From Nostoc sp. DedSLP01 (GTDB lineage Bacteria; Cyanobacteriota; Cyanobacteriia; Cyanobacteriales; Nostocaceae): DNA of 64,000 bases. Location of the stretch: contig JAVRCJ020000004.1 in assembly GCA_034530875.2 (NCBI GenBank), positions 64,001 to 128,000 of the forward strand. Reading direction: 5' to 3'. The translations under genes were made by a program, and so were the position numbers. The notes under the pieces are model-generated. The model ran no database searches. It was not told the DNA's origin and worked only from the letters and a program-made list of their open reading frames with translations. Each line of letters starts with the position of its first letter. The stretch's first letter is position 1. Positions 9,969-20,943 of the stretch are shown here, in pieces.

Positions 9969-10736
9969 TTATAGTTGACAAATTTCTTTAGACTGCTGTA
10001 AGTCGTACAATCCAAATTCATCTCTAATTGATTGATTTAATAATTTCCGATTAAAAATGCTAAATCTCAGCCTTTTTGCATTATCAAAAAGATTTTCTCC
10101 TGTCTCCAGGATATAAACTGCACCCAAAAATGGCAATGATTTAATAGCTTTGCCTTGATTTTTTAAAATATCTCTAACTTTGGCATGACCTATATAATAT
10201 TTATAGTATCCGTAGCCACGATTATATTCTGCGGTCTCTGGCAAATCGTTCAAATCATATCGAATAATATTACAAGTACCGCACATTTTATAAAAATTGC
10301 TTCTTTTGAGATATATATAGTTACTGCCTTCCTGATATTTATAACCTTTATTGATAAACCAGCCATTAGAATCTGGGTGTTGTTGAACAAATTTTGCTAA
10401 GTTTTTACTCACACAATCATCAGCATCTACTGCCATAGTGTGAGTAGGAGAAAATCCCCGAGCATACATCAATCCTTTTAATAATTTTCGCCCTTTATCT
10501 GTGTCTCCTTTAGCTACAGGATTAGTTTCGTTTGGAGGGTAAAAATTAACTGTAATATATGTAATTTGGGGATGAGTAAATTCTATTTTCGGCTTTTCGT
10601 GGCAAACAACAATAACGTGAAAATTAGGCGAGGTTTGATTGCAAACTGATTTAAGGCATCTTTCAAATAACTGTGTAACGCGTTCCCAGGAATTTGAGGC
10701 TTGTGCGCTCTTGAGTGGAATAACAAAAACAAGCAC
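9969..10736 (-). CDS. Glycosyltransferase family 2 (GT-A)
   Basis: LVFVIPLKS...CLKSVCNQT N-terminus; VDADD DxD motif; GTG start. Confidence 0.85.
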   Translation of the reverse strand: MLVFVIPLKSAQASNSWERVTQLFERCLKSVCNQTSPNFHVIVVCHEKPKIEFTHPQITYITVNFYPPNETNPVAKGDTDKGRKLLKGLMYARGFSPTHTMAVDADDCVSKNLAKFVQQHPDSNGWFINKGYKYQEGSNYIYLKRSNFYKMCGTCNIIRYDLNDLPETAEYNRGYGYYKYYIGHAKVRDILKNQGKAIKSLPFLGAVYILETGENLFDNAKRLRFSIFNRKLLNQSIRDEFGLYDLQQSKEICQL

Positions 10737-11283
10737 TACATTCTCTCAGGATAAATAGCTAATAATCTCGAAGCAAATGATAACACATTCAGACTAACGT
10801 CAAGAGTAATTATTAGACCTGCCTTGAAAATAGGGAGTAGGGAATGGGGAGTAGGGAATAGGGAAAATAAATTTTCATTGTTCCTTGTGAGCGCAACTCG
10901 TGGAGTAAGAGTGCAAAAGTCTTTTTGCACTCTTGGGGCAAAGGGATGCATGTAAAAGGGAAAGGGTTTTTTCTTATCCCTTTCCCCTTTTCCCGAATTC
11001 TACAAGTCTATTGTGATGCCGTGAATTTTTTTTACAGAAGTAATTAGCAGACACTATGTAAAAATCTCACAGCTTCTACAAATTAACCAGCCTTGGTTAT
11101 CTGTAGAAGCTGCAATGAAAATTGGCATTTTTATCGGCCAATATAAGTAGAACGGCTGGAAAAAACCAAACTATGTAAAGAGAAATGAAATAGACTTAAG
11201 CTCTCTTTCTTGATTCCTTTTGTCTTCTACCTTCTGTCTTATCCCAACAATAAATATTCACACCGACCGACTTATTACCTAAC

Positions 11284-12756
11284 TTAGTCCATTAGATGTT
11301 GTTGGACTTTTGAGACTAATTCATTTGTCCAGTGGTTGGCAAGTTCGGCATCGGCGGCTTCTACCATAACTCTAATTACTGGTTCTGTACCAGAAGCGCG
11401 AACTAAGATTCTACCAGAATCACCCATTGCAGCTTCGGCAAGAGCGATCGCTTTTTGCACGGGTTGGCAATCTTTCCATCCTAAACGGCGATCGCGGTCT
11501 ACAACGCGCACGTTCCGCAATAATTGAGGATAGGTCTGGAAGCTTTGGTCTACTAATTCTGCTAGAGAAACACCTGTTTCTTTAACTAAAGCTGCTAAAT
11601 GCAAGGCTGTTAATAAGCCATCTCCAGTTACGGCATAATGACGGCAAAGTATGTGACCTGATTGTTCGCCGCCTAGCATTCCCCCAGTCCGCAGCATTTC
11701 GGCTTGCACGTATTGGTCGCCGACTGCGGTGCGAATCAATTTACCACCATTGTCTTTCCAGGCTTTCTCGAAGCCCAAGTTAGCCATGACTGTGGAAACA
11801 ATCAAGTTGTCTGGGAGTTGTTGCTTTTGTTGGAGGTGGCGTCCCCAGAGGTAGAGTATGTAATCGCCGTTAACTTGTCTGCCTGTATTATCTACTGCTA
11901 AGACGCGATCGGCGTCGCCATCAAAGGCAAAGCCGACATCGGCGTTGTGTTCTTGTACGGTGGCTGCGAGAATATCTAGGTGAGTGGAACCGCAATTGAC
12001 GTTAATGCGATCGCCATCTGCTTCGTTATGCAAGCAAATTACCTCTGCACCCATCTGTGTAAATACTGTTGGTGCTAATCCTACTGCTGCTCCCCATGCC
12101 AAGTCTAAAACAATCTTCATGCCTTCAAGATTGAAGTCCCCGTCCCAGGGTTTCTTCAATGCGTCGCCGTAATGGTCGATTAATTCTAAACGCGAGTAAT
12201 GCCGTCCGCAACTACTGTGAGTAGCAGCAGTTGATATCTTGCCACGCAGCCCCGCTTCAATTTCTGCTTGCAATAATTGGGGTAACTTGCCACCATTAGC
12301 ACCAAAAATCTTAATGCCGTTGTCTTCTGGGGGGTTGTGACTTGCAGAAATCATCACTCCACCTATGGCATCACTGATACTCGTGAGATAGGCAACGCAA
12401 GGAGTGGGACATAATCCCAAATACCAAACCTCTAAACCCGCTGCTGTTAATCCCGCACTCAAAGCCATTGCCAGCATATCGCTGGAGTTTCTAGAGTCCT
12501 GTCCGAGAATTACTGGCCCCATACCAGTAGCATGGTTACGTAAAACAATACCCGCCCAAAAACCAATTTGCAATGCTAAGGGCGCACTCAGTAATTCTCC
12601 CACTCGTCCGCGAATACCATCCGTGCCAAATAACGGATTTGCTGGTAGTGGTAGTAAATTCAGTGCAAAACTGCTCTCAATTACTTTACCTAATCCATTA
12701 GCTTCGGAAGCAGAATTTCCAGCGATGCCCGATGTCCGAGTTACAGATGAAACCAT
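11284..12756 (-). CDS. glmM: Phosphoglucosamine mutase
   Basis: [39 protein letters not shown] motifs. Confidence 0.96.
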   Translation of the reverse strand: MVSSVTRTSGIAGNSASEANGLGKVIESSFALNLLPLPANPLFGTDGIRGRVGELLSAPLALQIGFWAGIVLRNHATGMGPVILGQDSRNSSDMLAMALSAGLTAAGLEVWYLGLCPTPCVAYLTSISDAIGGVMISASHNPPEDNGIKIFGANGGKLPQLLQAEIEAGLRGKISTAATHSSCGRHYSRLELIDHYGDALKKPWDGDFNLEGMKIVLDLAWGAAVGLAPTVFTQMGAEVICLHNEADGDRINVNCGSTHLDILAATVQEHNADVGFAFDGDADRVLAVDNTGRQVNGDYILYLWGRHLQQKQQLPDNLIVSTVMANLGFEKAWKDNGGKLIRTAVGDQYVQAEMLRTGGMLGGEQSGHILCRHYAVTGDGLLTALHLAALVKETGVSLAELVDQSFQTYPQLLRNVRVVDRDRRLGWKDCQPVQKAIALAEAAMGDSGRILVRASGTEPVIRVMVEAADAELANHWTNELVSKVQQHLMD

Positions 12757-13317
12757 AGTTTAAACACTCCACACAACAAAATGAAAAATAGCATTTGAGA
12801 CTGAATTCAGCAATTTCGAGATTCTTTATTATTTTGAGAAATTTATTCTAGATAAACTCAATTTTACGTAAAAATACTTAAAATATTGTTATCATATTTT
12901 AAATCTTTCATGAAGCCAGTATTTGTTTTTACGTTATAAGTAAAGTTTACTTATTGTAGCTAATTCTTGCTTTTATGCCCTCTATCTTAATCTTGACTCT
13001 TTTCTCTATAAGTTCACAAATAAAACATTTACGTAAAGTTGAGTGATAAATATTGCTTTAATGATGTTATCGATTTTCTAGCCAATCTGAGAATCAAAGC
13101 AAAATTGAGCAGATCGAAACAAAAAATCAAAATACTCGCAATATAAAGTTTTCGTCCTGGGTGAATTTATTGTGTAAACAACTACAAAGTAGTAAAGCTT
13201 AAAAAATTTTAATATAAATTCTCATCAAATAGTTTTAAGGTAACGTTTTAATGGCCTTTTTAGCCGTTCGTCAATTAAAACTCCGGCAGTTGACTTTTTA
13301 AAGTTGAGATATTTAGT

Positions 13318-14034
13318 ATGAGCAGCAATTTAGCAACCAAATTACGTGTAGGCACTAAGAAAGCTCACACGATGGCAGAAAATGTAGGTTTTGTCAAGTG
13401 CTTTTTAAAAGGAGTAGTCGAGAAAAACTCTTACCGGAAACTAGTTGCTAACTTCTACTTCATCTACTCAGCGATGGAAGAGGAGATGGAAAAGCATCGC
13501 CAGCATCCGATAGTTTCTAAAATTTATTTTCCCCAGTTAAACCGCAAGCATACCCTAGAGCAAGATCTAAGTTATTACTTTGGTGCGAATTGGAGAGAGC
13601 AAATCAAACTATCTCCCGCAGGTGAAGCTTACGTGCAGCGGATTCGGGAAATATCTGCAACAGAACCAGAATTGTTAATCGCCCATTCATATACTCGTTA
13701 TCTGGGTGACTTATCCGGGGGACAAATTCTCAAAGGCATTGCTGTAACGGCAATGAATTTGTCTGACGGGCAAGGTACTGCTTTCTATGAATTTGCAGAT
13801 ATCCCTGATGAAAAGGCATTTAAAGCCAAATATCGCAAGGGTTTGGATGAATTACCTCTAGACGATGCTACAGCCGATCGCATTGTTGATGAAGCTAACG
13901 CCGCCTTTGGTATGAACATGAAGATGTTCCAAGAATTAGAAGGTAATTTGATCAAAGCGATCGGTGTAATGCTGTACAACACCCTCACACGCCGTCGTAC
14001 ACGCGGTAGTACCGAACTCGCTACTGCTGAGTAA
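13318..14034 (+). CDS. ho1: Heme oxygenase (biliverdin-producing)
   Basis: LRVGTKKAHTMAEN; AHSYTRYLGDLSGGQIL signature. Confidence 0.95.
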   Translation: MSSNLATKLRVGTKKAHTMAENVGFVKCFLKGVVEKNSYRKLVANFYFIYSAMEEEMEKHRQHPIVSKIYFPQLNRKHTLEQDLSYYFGANWREQIKLSPAGEAYVQRIREISATEPELLIAHSYTRYLGDLSGGQILKGIAVTAMNLSDGQGTAFYEFADIPDEKAFKAKYRKGLDELPLDDATADRIVDEANAAFGMNMKMFQELEGNLIKAIGVMLYNTLTRRRTRGSTELATAE

Positions 14035-14340
14035 TCGGTGGAAAATAGTGACAGTTGCCTGGAAGTGAATTTATAATTCAAGAGAAATTTCCACCCCAGA
14101 TATTCAGTAAGTCCTGAGTACAAAATGCGGAGTGTGGAGTGTGGAGTCATTATTCCAGACACCTTGGTGAAAAATAATTCATAAGTGTTTCTGGGGAAAA
14201 ATCGATGCTTGCGGCCAGCCCGCTTTGCATCTGTGCCAAAAACCTGCAAAATATTTAGGGGCGATCGCCCTGTGAATGCTTTTTATTAGTGAGAGCAAGC
14301 ATAGGGAGATTGCCCCTCAATTATTAGGAGCTTCCGATAA

Positions 14341-14473
14341 GGGAATTCCAACTAAAAAAATATACAATCACCAGGGGTAGCAGAGGGAGCAGAGGGAGCA
14401 GAGGGAGCAGGGGAGGAAGATTTCAGATGATATTTACTCTCACCCATTGAATAATTTATTTTCTGGAAGTCCC
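14341..14473. mobile_element. MITE-like element with imperfect TIRs and TAA duplication
   Basis: TAA|GGGAATTCCAACTAAAAAAATAT...ATAATTTATTTTCTGGAAGTCCC|TAA; internal AGCAGAGGG x3. Confidence 0.7.
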
Positions 14474-14702
14474 TAAAAAAGTACCCATCAGTTAAAAGCA
14501 GGGGGCAGGGGAGACAAGCGGACAAGGAGAAGAGAATAAGTTAACTCTTCACTGCTCACTTAGTACTCACCAAATCCGCTTTTATAATTCTCTCTTCTCC
14601 CCCTGCCCCCCTGCCCCCTGCCCCTCCGCCCCATCCTCAGAAGCGTAAAGAAAGTAGTGGCGTACAGTCGATTACTGGCATTACCTGAAACACCCCTGAA
14701 AA

Positions 14703-14726
14703 CAAAAAAACCCGCCGTAGCGGGGT
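14703..14726 (-). terminator. Intrinsic terminator downstream of pirA
   Basis: Minus strand CCCGC-TACG-GCGGG followed by T7. Confidence 0.75.
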
Positions 14727-14759
14727 ACACAACAAAACTATGAACAATGAAAACTTGAT

Positions 14760-14915
14760 TTAGTTGGAATATTTCATCTCTGCTTCTAGTTGACGAATCA
14801 ATTGTTCGTCGCCTTTTGCTCTGGCTACTTGCAAGCGATGTTCTAGGCTTCTTTGAATATTTTCTCTATGAGCTTCTCGTGCTTTCCTGGCAGCCTGTAA
14901 TCTACCTTGATTCAT
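14760..14915 (-). CDS. pirA: PII-interacting regulator of arginine synthesis PirA (Ssr0692 homolog), 51 aa
   Basis: MNQGRLQAARKAREAHRENIQRSLEHRLQVARAKGDEQLIRQLEAE matches the PirA pattern; GAGGT RBS before ATG 14915; NtcA box upstream. Confidence 0.85.
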   Translation of the reverse strand: MNQGRLQAARKAREAHRENIQRSLEHRLQVARAKGDEQLIRQLEAEMKYSN

Positions 14916-14971
14916 AGAAATTACCTCTTTAATTTCTGGCTTTATGTTTTGTATTCCTAACATAACATATA

Positions 14972-14993
14972 TTCTGTAGCAACAGCTACAGAA
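14972..14993. promoter_or_regulatory. NtcA binding site
   Basis: TTCT-GTAGCAACAGCTAC-AGAA: perfect GTA-N8-TAC (14976-14989) in an extended palindrome about 60 nt upstream of pirA. Confidence 0.85.
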
Positions 14994-15040
14994 ATTTATG
15001 AGTTTATGTATACTTTAGTCAAATGATGTTTGGGAACCGT

Positions 15041-15829
15041 ATGAGTCAACAAGCATTGGTGACTTTACTGAGCGATTTTGGCGATCGCGATGTCTATGTC
15101 GGCGTCATGAAAGGAGTCATAGCGCAAATCAACTCTCAAATCTCAATGGTTGATTTGACGCACGACATTCCGCCCCAAGACATAACCGCAGCGCGGTTTT
15201 CGCTGATGAATGCTTATCTTTATTTTCCAGTCGGGACAGTGCATGTAGCAGTGGTAGATCCTGGTGTGGGCAGTAAGCGACGGGCGATCGCAGTAGAATT
15301 TGCTCAAGGGTTTCTTGTGGGGCCAGATAATGGCATTTTCAGCGGAGTATTAAGTGAGAGTCCGGCGATTGTAGCTGTGGAGCTTACAAATCTTAACTAT
15401 TGGAGAACTCCTCTACCAAGCAAGACTTTTCACGGTAGGGATATTTTTGCACCAGTGGCGGCTCATCTGGCTAGTGGCGTACCTCTAAGACAGTTAGGAC
15501 AAGAAATCGATCCAGCCAGTTTAGTCAAGTTGGATATTGGGGAGTGCAAGCAAACAACAACTGGCGTGGTAGGTTGCATTCAATATATTGATGGCTTTGG
15601 CAACTTAGTCAGCAACATTCTAGGAAGTTACGTCCAGGGTAAAACCTGGTGCGTGCAAGCTGCTGGATTGAGGATACCAGGATGTGAAACTTATAGTAAT
15701 GTCAACGTGGGAGAAGCGTTAGCTTTGGTTGGCAGTCACGGCTGGGTAGAAATTGCCATCAATAGCGGCAATGCTCGCTCACAATTACAGCTTAATTTAG
15801 GAGATACGCTACAAGTCTTGTTTCTCTGA
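15041..15829 (+). CDS. SAM hydroxide adenosyltransferase / SAM-dependent halogenase family (DUF62)
   Basis: TLLSDFG, VVDPGVGS, GPDNG, TFHGRDIFAPVAA, IDGFGN motifs; start 15041 or 15023. Confidence 0.9.
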   Translation: MSQQALVTLLSDFGDRDVYVGVMKGVIAQINSQISMVDLTHDIPPQDITAARFSLMNAYLYFPVGTVHVAVVDPGVGSKRRAIAVEFAQGFLVGPDNGIFSGVLSESPAIVAVELTNLNYWRTPLPSKTFHGRDIFAPVAAHLASGVPLRQLGQEIDPASLVKLDIGECKQTTTGVVGCIQYIDGFGNLVSNILGSYVQGKTWCVQAAGLRIPGCETYSNVNVGEALALVGSHGWVEIAINSGNARSQLQLNLGDTLQVLFL

Positions 15830-16088
15830 CAAAACCAGAACTATTGTTGAGTGTTGACTGTTAACAGCGACCAGTGTACCCTTGTTGGTTAAAATCTTTA
15901 AACCAACTGGTTTTCATGAGTTAACAACCAACACATCCTAAATTCAAAAATCTCATTATTCATATATCCTAGAGCATACTTTTAGAAATACTCACATTAA
16001 ATTCGCCTCATTGCCCATAATAATAAAAGTAACCATTCAGCAATTTACTGTACTACTTCACTAAGCAATCATTACTATATCTTTCGCT

Positions 16089-16745
16089 ATGACTACGCAA
16101 ATACTACCTGCACCAGAAGTTTATCAAGGTCAGTTTGGGGAATTTACAATCACTTCAAACGATCGCACTGGGGTGATTATCTACCGTACTGGGTTAATGA
16201 TAGCTGCACTCAGCTTTGCTGTCGGTAGCGCTCTGGTTTTATTCAACAATAACCCGACTGTTATCAGTCTATTAACACCTCTATATGCTTGTTTTATTTT
16301 AGGTCTCGGTGTAAGTTTATTTACAATTCATATCTACATGATAGTATTACACCGAATGCTGCAAGTTTTTTGGGCGATCGGTACTATTGCATCTACTGTT
16401 TTGGCGCTATCTAGTAGCGAACCTTTGGCTGTTACTATTTATAATCAGCCTCTTACTTTGTTTGGAGTTGGTTTTATCTTCGTAGCTCTGACAGGTATTT
16501 ATTTTAAAGAAGCGTTTTGTTTCAATCGCTTGGAAACAAAAGTATTAACTCCGATAGTACCGCTACTATTGTTAGGGCATTTAGTAGGAATTTTCACAAT
16601 TCAGTGGGAAAGTATTTTATTAGGAATTTGGGCAACATTGTTTTTGGTATTTGCTTTGCGAAAAACAGTGCAACGAATTCCTGATGATATTGGCGATAAG
16701 TCTGTATTTGCTTACTTAAAACAACAGCGCCTGTCCAAAGCTTAA
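16089..16745 (+). CDS. DUF2301-type integral membrane protein
   Basis: YQGQFGEFTIT, IHIY, FKEAFCF and C-terminal DIGDKSVF motifs. Confidence 0.8.
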   Translation: MTTQILPAPEVYQGQFGEFTITSNDRTGVIIYRTGLMIAALSFAVGSALVLFNNNPTVISLLTPLYACFILGLGVSLFTIHIYMIVLHRMLQVFWAIGTIASTVLALSSSEPLAVTIYNQPLTLFGVGFIFVALTGIYFKEAFCFNRLETKVLTPIVPLLLLGHLVGIFTIQWESILLGIWATLFLVFALRKTVQRIPDDIGDKSVFAYLKQQRLSKA

Positions 16746-17434
16746 TGCAGACAAAAAATCGTCGGCGTCAAAAATTTCCAAAAGTCAAACTAATAAAACG
16801 CCAAGAAATGTGGACACTTACGGCTGCGGGGTGGGCGATTGCAATCGCTGTGATTGCTTATTTAATATTTTTGAGTATTACTCATGTACACTCATATCTC
16901 GCCGTAACTTCCCCCATCAAATCAGCAGAAATATTAGTTGTTGAAGGATGGTTACCAGATTATGCTATAGAAGAAGCGTTAATTGAATTTCAAAAAGGTT
17001 CTTACCGTCAAATAATTACTACCGGAGGTAGTTTAGGAAAAGGCAGTTATCTGACTGGATATAATAGTTTTGCAGAAGTGACAGCAGCAACCTTGAATAA
17101 ACTCGGTTTAGAAGCAGAAAAAGTAGTGGCTGTTCCCACACCTTTTGTCATTAAGGATCGTAGTTATGCATCTGCTGTCGAGTTTTATCGCTGGCTATCG
17201 AATTCCAATTTAAAAGTCCAATCAATTAATCTTTTTTCTTTGGACGTTCATACCCGTAGGAGTTGGTTAATCTTCAAAAACATTCTCAATCCTGATATTG
17301 AAGTTGGCGCGATCGCTGCTAAAACTCAAGATTACGATCCAAAAAAGTGGTGGCGTTCTAGCCAAGGCGTGCGGACAGTTCTTGATGAAACAATTGCTTA
17401 TCTTTATGCCCGATTTTTGAGTTTGAGAGATTAA
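16745..17434 (+). CDS. YdcF/DUF218 (ElyC/SanA-like) membrane-anchored protein
   Basis: N-terminal TM; LVVEGW, IITTGG, HTRRS, KWWRSSQG..E motifs; TAATG overlap with the upstream gene. Confidence 0.8.
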   Translation: MQTKNRRRQKFPKVKLIKRQEMWTLTAAGWAIAIAVIAYLIFLSITHVHSYLAVTSPIKSAEILVVEGWLPDYAIEEALIEFQKGSYRQIITTGGSLGKGSYLTGYNSFAEVTAATLNKLGLEAEKVVAVPTPFVIKDRSYASAVEFYRWLSNSNLKVQSINLFSLDVHTRRSWLIFKNILNPDIEVGAIAAKTQDYDPKKWWRSSQGVRTVLDETIAYLYARFLSLRD

Positions 17435-17818
17435 AAGTTGTCATAATTCAAAATAGTCTACGCACCGCTACGCTAAAACGAGTCAGAATTCAGAATTCTG
17501 AATTTACATCTTAATCCCCGGCTTCTTGAAGAAGTCGGGACTCTTGCAAGCTTTTTAAATTAATCAAATACATCGGTAGTCTGTCAAAACAAGTTTACAC
17601 GCTTAGGTAACTAAATTTACGCACTGCTGTACTACAAATAAATTCTGACTTGTGAAGTTATTTTTTGCCGACTTCTGGGAACTCTATGAATACGGTTCAG
17701 TAATTCACGCAGCGTTGACTAGAAAAATAGCTGATTTTATAAGTAGCAAATCACACTGGTCATGCGTGCCGTTTTCATCCGTATTGTAAAAATTGTTTAG
17801 AGTTTTGAGGATCGGCTG

Positions 17819-19135
17819 ATGGATAAATCTATTATTCAGTTGGTTGACGAATTACCAGCTGACAATATCACTGTCAAAGTTTTAAAGGCTCTTGATTACG
17901 TAGCACCAGGTGAATGGAATAATGTGGTGGGGTTTGACAATAATATCCGCGCCATCACTGGAGAAAGCGATGCTAAGGTAATTCAGAAAATCCGCGATCG
18001 CGCTGTTGCTTTATATCACGATCCTCAAAATGGCTACCAGGCTGCAATCAAAGTTTATCAAATAATTGATAAAGCAGATACAGCTATGGCGACAGCAGCT
18101 TTAGCTAATAAAGTTGGTGAAAAAATTGGCTTTCTGTCTTTTTTAAGCAACATTACTCCTAAAGCCGACGTCACTCAATCGATTGATTTAGCACTGAAAA
18201 TTGCTGTTGAAATCATCGCCTTCTGCAAAGTCAATGGTATTCCTCAACCCAATCCTCAAGAGTTTGCCAATTCTCTTGCTAACAACTATCAAAATGCATC
18301 TCTAATGCGGATGGTTGCTTTAGTTTGTTTAGATGGAATTTTGCCCTTAGGCCCAGATTTTCTAGGGAAAATTCACTCAGTAATTAGTGGCGCTGATACT
18401 AGTGCAATAGCTCAAAATCCTGTTTTCTTAGCTGTCAATAGTTCTCTACCAGGTAATAGCCCCACTGATAAACTTGGTTTTATTAATCAAAGTTTCAACT
18501 CCGTACAAGGGTGGATGAATAGCTTAGTATCTAAAACAGGCATCACCCCACAATCAATTTCTAGTCATTTGGGTAATTTTATTCAGATTGCTGATGATAA
18601 CTTAGATTTTGTAGCAGCATTTTTAGACCAAACTACAAATTACTACGAACATACCGGAATTCAAACAGTTGCTCGCAGTGTAATTTTGCAAGCATATAAT
18701 TTAGTTAAAGAGGAAATTAAACAAGAGGCACAAAAGCAGATTCAAGATGTTTCATCTGCTGCAAAGTCAAATATAAAATCAGATAATACTCAGTATGCAG
18801 TCAGCAATACAGTAGAAATCTGGGATGAGGATGAAGAAGATTGGTATCAAGGAACAATTGAAAAAATCCAAGATGACCAATTCTATATTCATTACCTTGG
18901 TTATGGTTCATCTTATGATGAATGGATAGGTGAAGATGATATTCGGACTCGCGATCTTCGCTCTGCTGATGACAATGGACATGCAGTTGGTCAAAAGGTA
19001 AAATGTTGGGATGAAGACCAAGAAGCTTGGTATTCTGCTACCATTCAACAAGTCCAAGGTCACCAATACTTCCTTCGCTACATCGGTTATGACTCATCTT
19101 ATGATGAGTGGGTTGATAACGATGAAATTCGCTAA
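17819..19135 (+). CDS. Hypothetical protein with two C-terminal Tudor-knot/chromo-barrel-like repeats
   Basis: Two ~55-aa repeats: V..WDED.E.WY..TI......(F/Y).(H/R)Y.GY.SSYDEW...D.IR. Confidence 0.8.
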   Translation: MDKSIIQLVDELPADNITVKVLKALDYVAPGEWNNVVGFDNNIRAITGESDAKVIQKIRDRAVALYHDPQNGYQAAIKVYQIIDKADTAMATAALANKVGEKIGFLSFLSNITPKADVTQSIDLALKIAVEIIAFCKVNGIPQPNPQEFANSLANNYQNASLMRMVALVCLDGILPLGPDFLGKIHSVISGADTSAIAQNPVFLAVNSSLPGNSPTDKLGFINQSFNSVQGWMNSLVSKTGITPQSISSHLGNFIQIADDNLDFVAAFLDQTTNYYEHTGIQTVARSVILQAYNLVKEEIKQEAQKQIQDVSSAAKSNIKSDNTQYAVSNTVEIWDEDEEDWYQGTIEKIQDDQFYIHYLGYGSSYDEWIGEDDIRTRDLRSADDNGHAVGQKVKCWDEDQEAWYSATIQQVQGHQYFLRYIGYDSSYDEWVDNDEIR

Positions 19136-19148
19136 CTGTTGAGTGATT

Positions 19149-19168
19149 GCGGGGCGATAATGCCCCGT
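19149..19168. terminator. Hairpin between convergent genes
   Basis: GCGGGGC-GATAAT-GCCCCGT. Confidence 0.55.
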
Positions 19169-19219
19169 ATTAACAAACAGTATTTTTCGCAATTCATCAT
19201 TGACAAATAATTTCCTAAA

Positions 19220-19582
19220 TTACAATTCCTCTTGAGACAAAAATGGCTCAAATGAGTGGTAAGCCTCATAATTACGAAAATGTCTTGCGTATAAATCTAG
19301 ACCATTACTAGCTGAATCAAAGTCATCATACAATACTGAATTCACATCTATCACTTGTTTCAAAGACCAGGTAATAGTTTCTCCTTCTTCATTTTTGTAG
19401 CTTACTTCTTGTTTTTTCCCATAAGTTACAGCTTTTTCTTTAGCTTTCTCTAAAGAAGTAGCTTTTATAAGTACAAAGCATTCTTGGTACAACGGTTGAT
19501 AATTCAGTGCATCGGAGGATGATTCATACAAAATGACAGCAATATAGAAAGATTCTTTCTTATCTACACTTTGGGATTTCAT
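19220..19582 (-). CDS. DUF4288-like protein
   Basis: YQECFVLIKATSLEKAKEKA...YKNEEGETITW pattern. Confidence 0.7.
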   Translation of the reverse strand: MKSQSVDKKESFYIAVILYESSSDALNYQPLYQECFVLIKATSLEKAKEKAVTYGKKQEVSYKNEEGETITWSLKQVIDVNSVLYDDFDSASNGLDLYARHFRNYEAYHSFEPFLSQEEL

Positions 19583-19709
19583 TTAAAATTCTTTAGGGCT
19601 ACTTCTTGAATCTACCATCATTCAATAATTTTGAGACGCGATAAATCGCCGTCTCTACAAGTCTTTTGGTCTTATCTGAACCCTATTGGATTTTATCTGA
19701 CTTTGAAAA

Positions 19710-19748
19710 ATTACAAATTACGAATTACGAATTACGAATTACGAATTA
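19710..19748. repeat. STRR (AATTACG)n
   Basis: aattacaaattacgaattacgaattacgaattacgaatta; the same heptamer recurs at 23300-23316 (inverted) and 23409-23440. Confidence 0.85.
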
Positions 19749-19824
19749 TCTTTATACTTGCGCTACGATATCCCCTATTGCCTTTGTGCAATGTAGGTGA
19801 GGAGTAGTCAGGAAAAACACGAAT

Positions 19825-20943
19825 ATGATACAAGAACTCAGTACACAAGCTACAGATAATCTAGTTACGATCGCCACTCAATTCGCCCGACTGGGGAAGG
19901 TTACAGCTACCAAACCATTTGGCAGTGGTAATATCAATGACACATTTCTGGTAACTCTAGATTCTTCAGAACAACAGTATTTTGTTCTACAACGCATCAA
20001 TACTCAGGTATTTCGCCAGCCAAAGCTGATTATGCAGAACATGTGTACCTTTACCGAACATGTTCGCAAAAAGCTACAATCTACTCCTTTAAATCGTCGC
20101 TGGGAAGTACCGCAAGTACTACTGACTCAAGACGAACAAAACCACTGGCGAGATGCTAATGGTTCCTTTTGGCGGGCGATTAGCTTTATTGAAGATTCAC
20201 AATCCTTTGATACCATGCACGATCGCTTTCATGCACAAGAAATCGGTTATGCCTTGGGCATGTTCCACAATCTGATCGGCGATTTACCACCACAAAAACT
20301 CGCTGATACCCTCGAAGGATTCCATATTACGCCGCTTTATCTCCAGCATTACGATGAAGTTTTAGCAAAAACCAAAGTACGTAAAACGCCTGAGGTTAAT
20401 TATTGCTTGCAATTTGTTAGCGATCGCCGTAACTTTGCACACATCCTAGAAAACGCCAAAACACAAGGCATTATACCGCTGCGTCTGATGCACGGCGATC
20501 CAAAAATTAATAATGTCATGTTCGACACAGCTACCCAGCAAGCCGTCAGCGTCATCGACCTCGACACCGTAAAACCCGGATTGGTACATTACGATATCGG
20601 CGATTGTCTGCGTTCTGGTTGCAATCCAGTTGGAGAAGAAACCGAAAATTGGGACAGCGTTTATTTCGACACCGATTTGTGCGAGGCAATTTTAGCAGGT
20701 TATCTTGGTGTAGCAAAAGCCTTCCTTACGGAAAATGATTATAACTATATCTACGATGCAATTCGTTTGATTGCTTTTGAATTAGGATTGAGATTTTTTG
20801 CTGACTATTTAGCAGGAAATGTCTATTTTAAAGTGAAGCATCCAGAACATAATTTAGCAAGAGCGATCGTTCAGTTTAAACTCACTGAAAGTATCGAATC
20901 TCAAGAAACGCAGGTTCGCAAAATTATCAAAGATATTAAATGA
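19825..20943 (+). CDS. Phosphotransferase (APH/choline-kinase fold, N-acetylhexosamine 1-kinase-like)
   Basis: GSGNINDTF, LQRIN, HGDPKINN, VIDLDT motifs. Confidence 0.85.
   Translation: MIQELSTQATDNLVTIATQFARLGKVTATKPFGSGNINDTFLVTLDSSEQQYFVLQRINTQVFRQPKLIMQNMCTFTEHVRKKLQSTPLNRRWEVPQVLLTQDEQNHWRDANGSFWRAISFIEDSQSFDTMHDRFHAQEIGYALGMFHNLIGDLPPQKLADTLEGFHITPLYLQHYDEVLAKTKVRKTPEVNYCLQFVSDRRNFAHILENAKTQGIIPLRLMHGDPKINNVMFDTATQQAVSVIDLDTVKPGLVHYDIGDCLRSGCNPVGEETENWDSVYFDTDLCEAILAGYLGVAKAFLTENDYNYIYDAIRLIAFELGLRFFADYLAGNVYFKVKHPEHNLARAIVQFKLTESIESQETQVRKIIKDIK

Noticed and set aside
10736..10951. 71-aa ORF upstream of the GT2 gene
   Set aside because: Runs through STRR and palindromic repeat DNA (FPTPHSLLP); probably non-coding. 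Weak TAGAC...GTCTA ends near 10813-11010 are too degenerate to call a MITE.
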